The notes under the pieces: generated by a model
What the model was told of the DNA's origin: nothing
The model's database searches: none
Seen by the model: the letters and a program-made list of their open reading frames with translations, nothing else
Part shown: positions 63,678 through 64,000 of the stretch, one piece after another
Layout: each line of letters opens with the position of its first letter
Position numbering within the stretch: position 1 is the first letter of the stretch
Assembly: GCA_017540605.1 (NCBI GenBank)
Contig: JAFYAS010000046.1
Coordinates: forward strand, 38,330-102,329
Direction: 5' to 3'
DNA: 64,000 nucleotides
From: Lachnospiraceae bacterium
Lineage (GTDB): Bacteria; Bacillota; Clostridia; Lachnospirales; Lachnospiraceae
Made by a program: the position numbers and the translations under genes

Positions 63678-64000
63678 TTAATACACCCCTGTCTGTCGTT
63701 TAATGGCCTCGGCAATCTCAGATAACGGTCTGACCTCATCTACTAGACCGGCCTCTGCTACTGCTCTCGGCATACCGTATATTGTACTGGTCTGGGCATC
63801 CTGAGCTATGACATAAACACGCTTCCTTGCTTTAAGCTTTCTTATGCCTTCCGTTCCGTCCGCACCCATACCGGTAAGTACCACACATATGATCTCCTCA
63901 TACTTCGAGTCGATCAGACTTTCATACATATGATTTGCATAAGGTCTGAGTCCACCAACCGGTGGAGTATCTGTCAGCTTGATGATACGATCATCCAGGA
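63678..64000 (-). CDS. cheB: Chemotaxis methylesterase CheB, C-terminal part (gene runs off the right edge)
   Basis: The frame stays open to the window edge. It reads ...GGLRPYANHMYESL...VVLTGMGADGTEGI...VIAQDAQTSTIYGMPRAV..., the CheB esterase domain. Confidence 0.88.
   Translation of the reverse strand, partial: LDDRIIKLTDTPPVGGLRPYANHMYESLIDSKYEEIICVVLTGMGADGTEGIRKLKARKRVYVIAQDAQTSTIYGMPRAVAEAGLVDEVRPLSEIAEAIKRQTGVY

Noticed and set aside
1-64000. Prophage, integrative element, IS element, CRISPR-Cas, restriction-modification or toxin-antitoxin loci
   Set aside because: No integrase, transposase, recombinase, terminase, capsid, Cas, DNA methylase/endonuclease pair or small TA-like gene pair was recognisable in any frame. 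The methyltransferases present look like RNA or small-molecule class I enzymes.

Overview
This is a 64-kb chromosomal segment from a low/moderate-GC Firmicute, probably Clostridia and Lachnospiraceae-like. That placement is inferred from gene content: FapA, DHHW/MBOAT, BspA-type LRR, an MBG/Big_2 adhesin, and a Bacillus-type long SRP RNA. About 46 of 51 genes lie on the minus strand, and most are core housekeeping. They include the start of the S10 r-protein operon (rpsJ-rplC), a heterodimeric ABC exporter, rsmI, and gdpP-rplI-dnaB. They also include pgi, the SRP RNA, murG, metG, galE, rpsB-tsf, and the distal end of a B. subtilis-like fla/che operon (cheB-cheA-cheW-cheC-cheD-fliA-fapA). Accessory content falls into five groups. 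(1) A sucrose PTS regulon has ptsH and ptsI embedded in it. (2) A tight SBP-GGDEF-EAL c-di-GMP operon encodes an EAL protein with an unusual C-terminal beta-solenoid-like region. (3) There is a 1299-aa surface adhesin and an LRR surface protein. (4) An AAA-ATPase-like/PD-(D/E)XK gene sits next to a dGTPase-like HD gene. (5) A plus-strand pair encodes an uncharacterised 730-aa helical plus Gly/Ala-rich protein and a DUF4176 protein. I rank that last pair as the best candidate for an undescribed system, possibly an orphan T7SS-type effector module. In non-coding DNA I found a family of 146-bp MITE-like structured repeats, one copy with a perfect 10-bp target-site duplication, plus truncated copies. 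I also found an unrelated 165-bp imperfect palindrome. I saw no CRISPR array, tRNA, rRNA, transposase or integrase. All family assignments come from motif recognition by eye, because no database search could be run.
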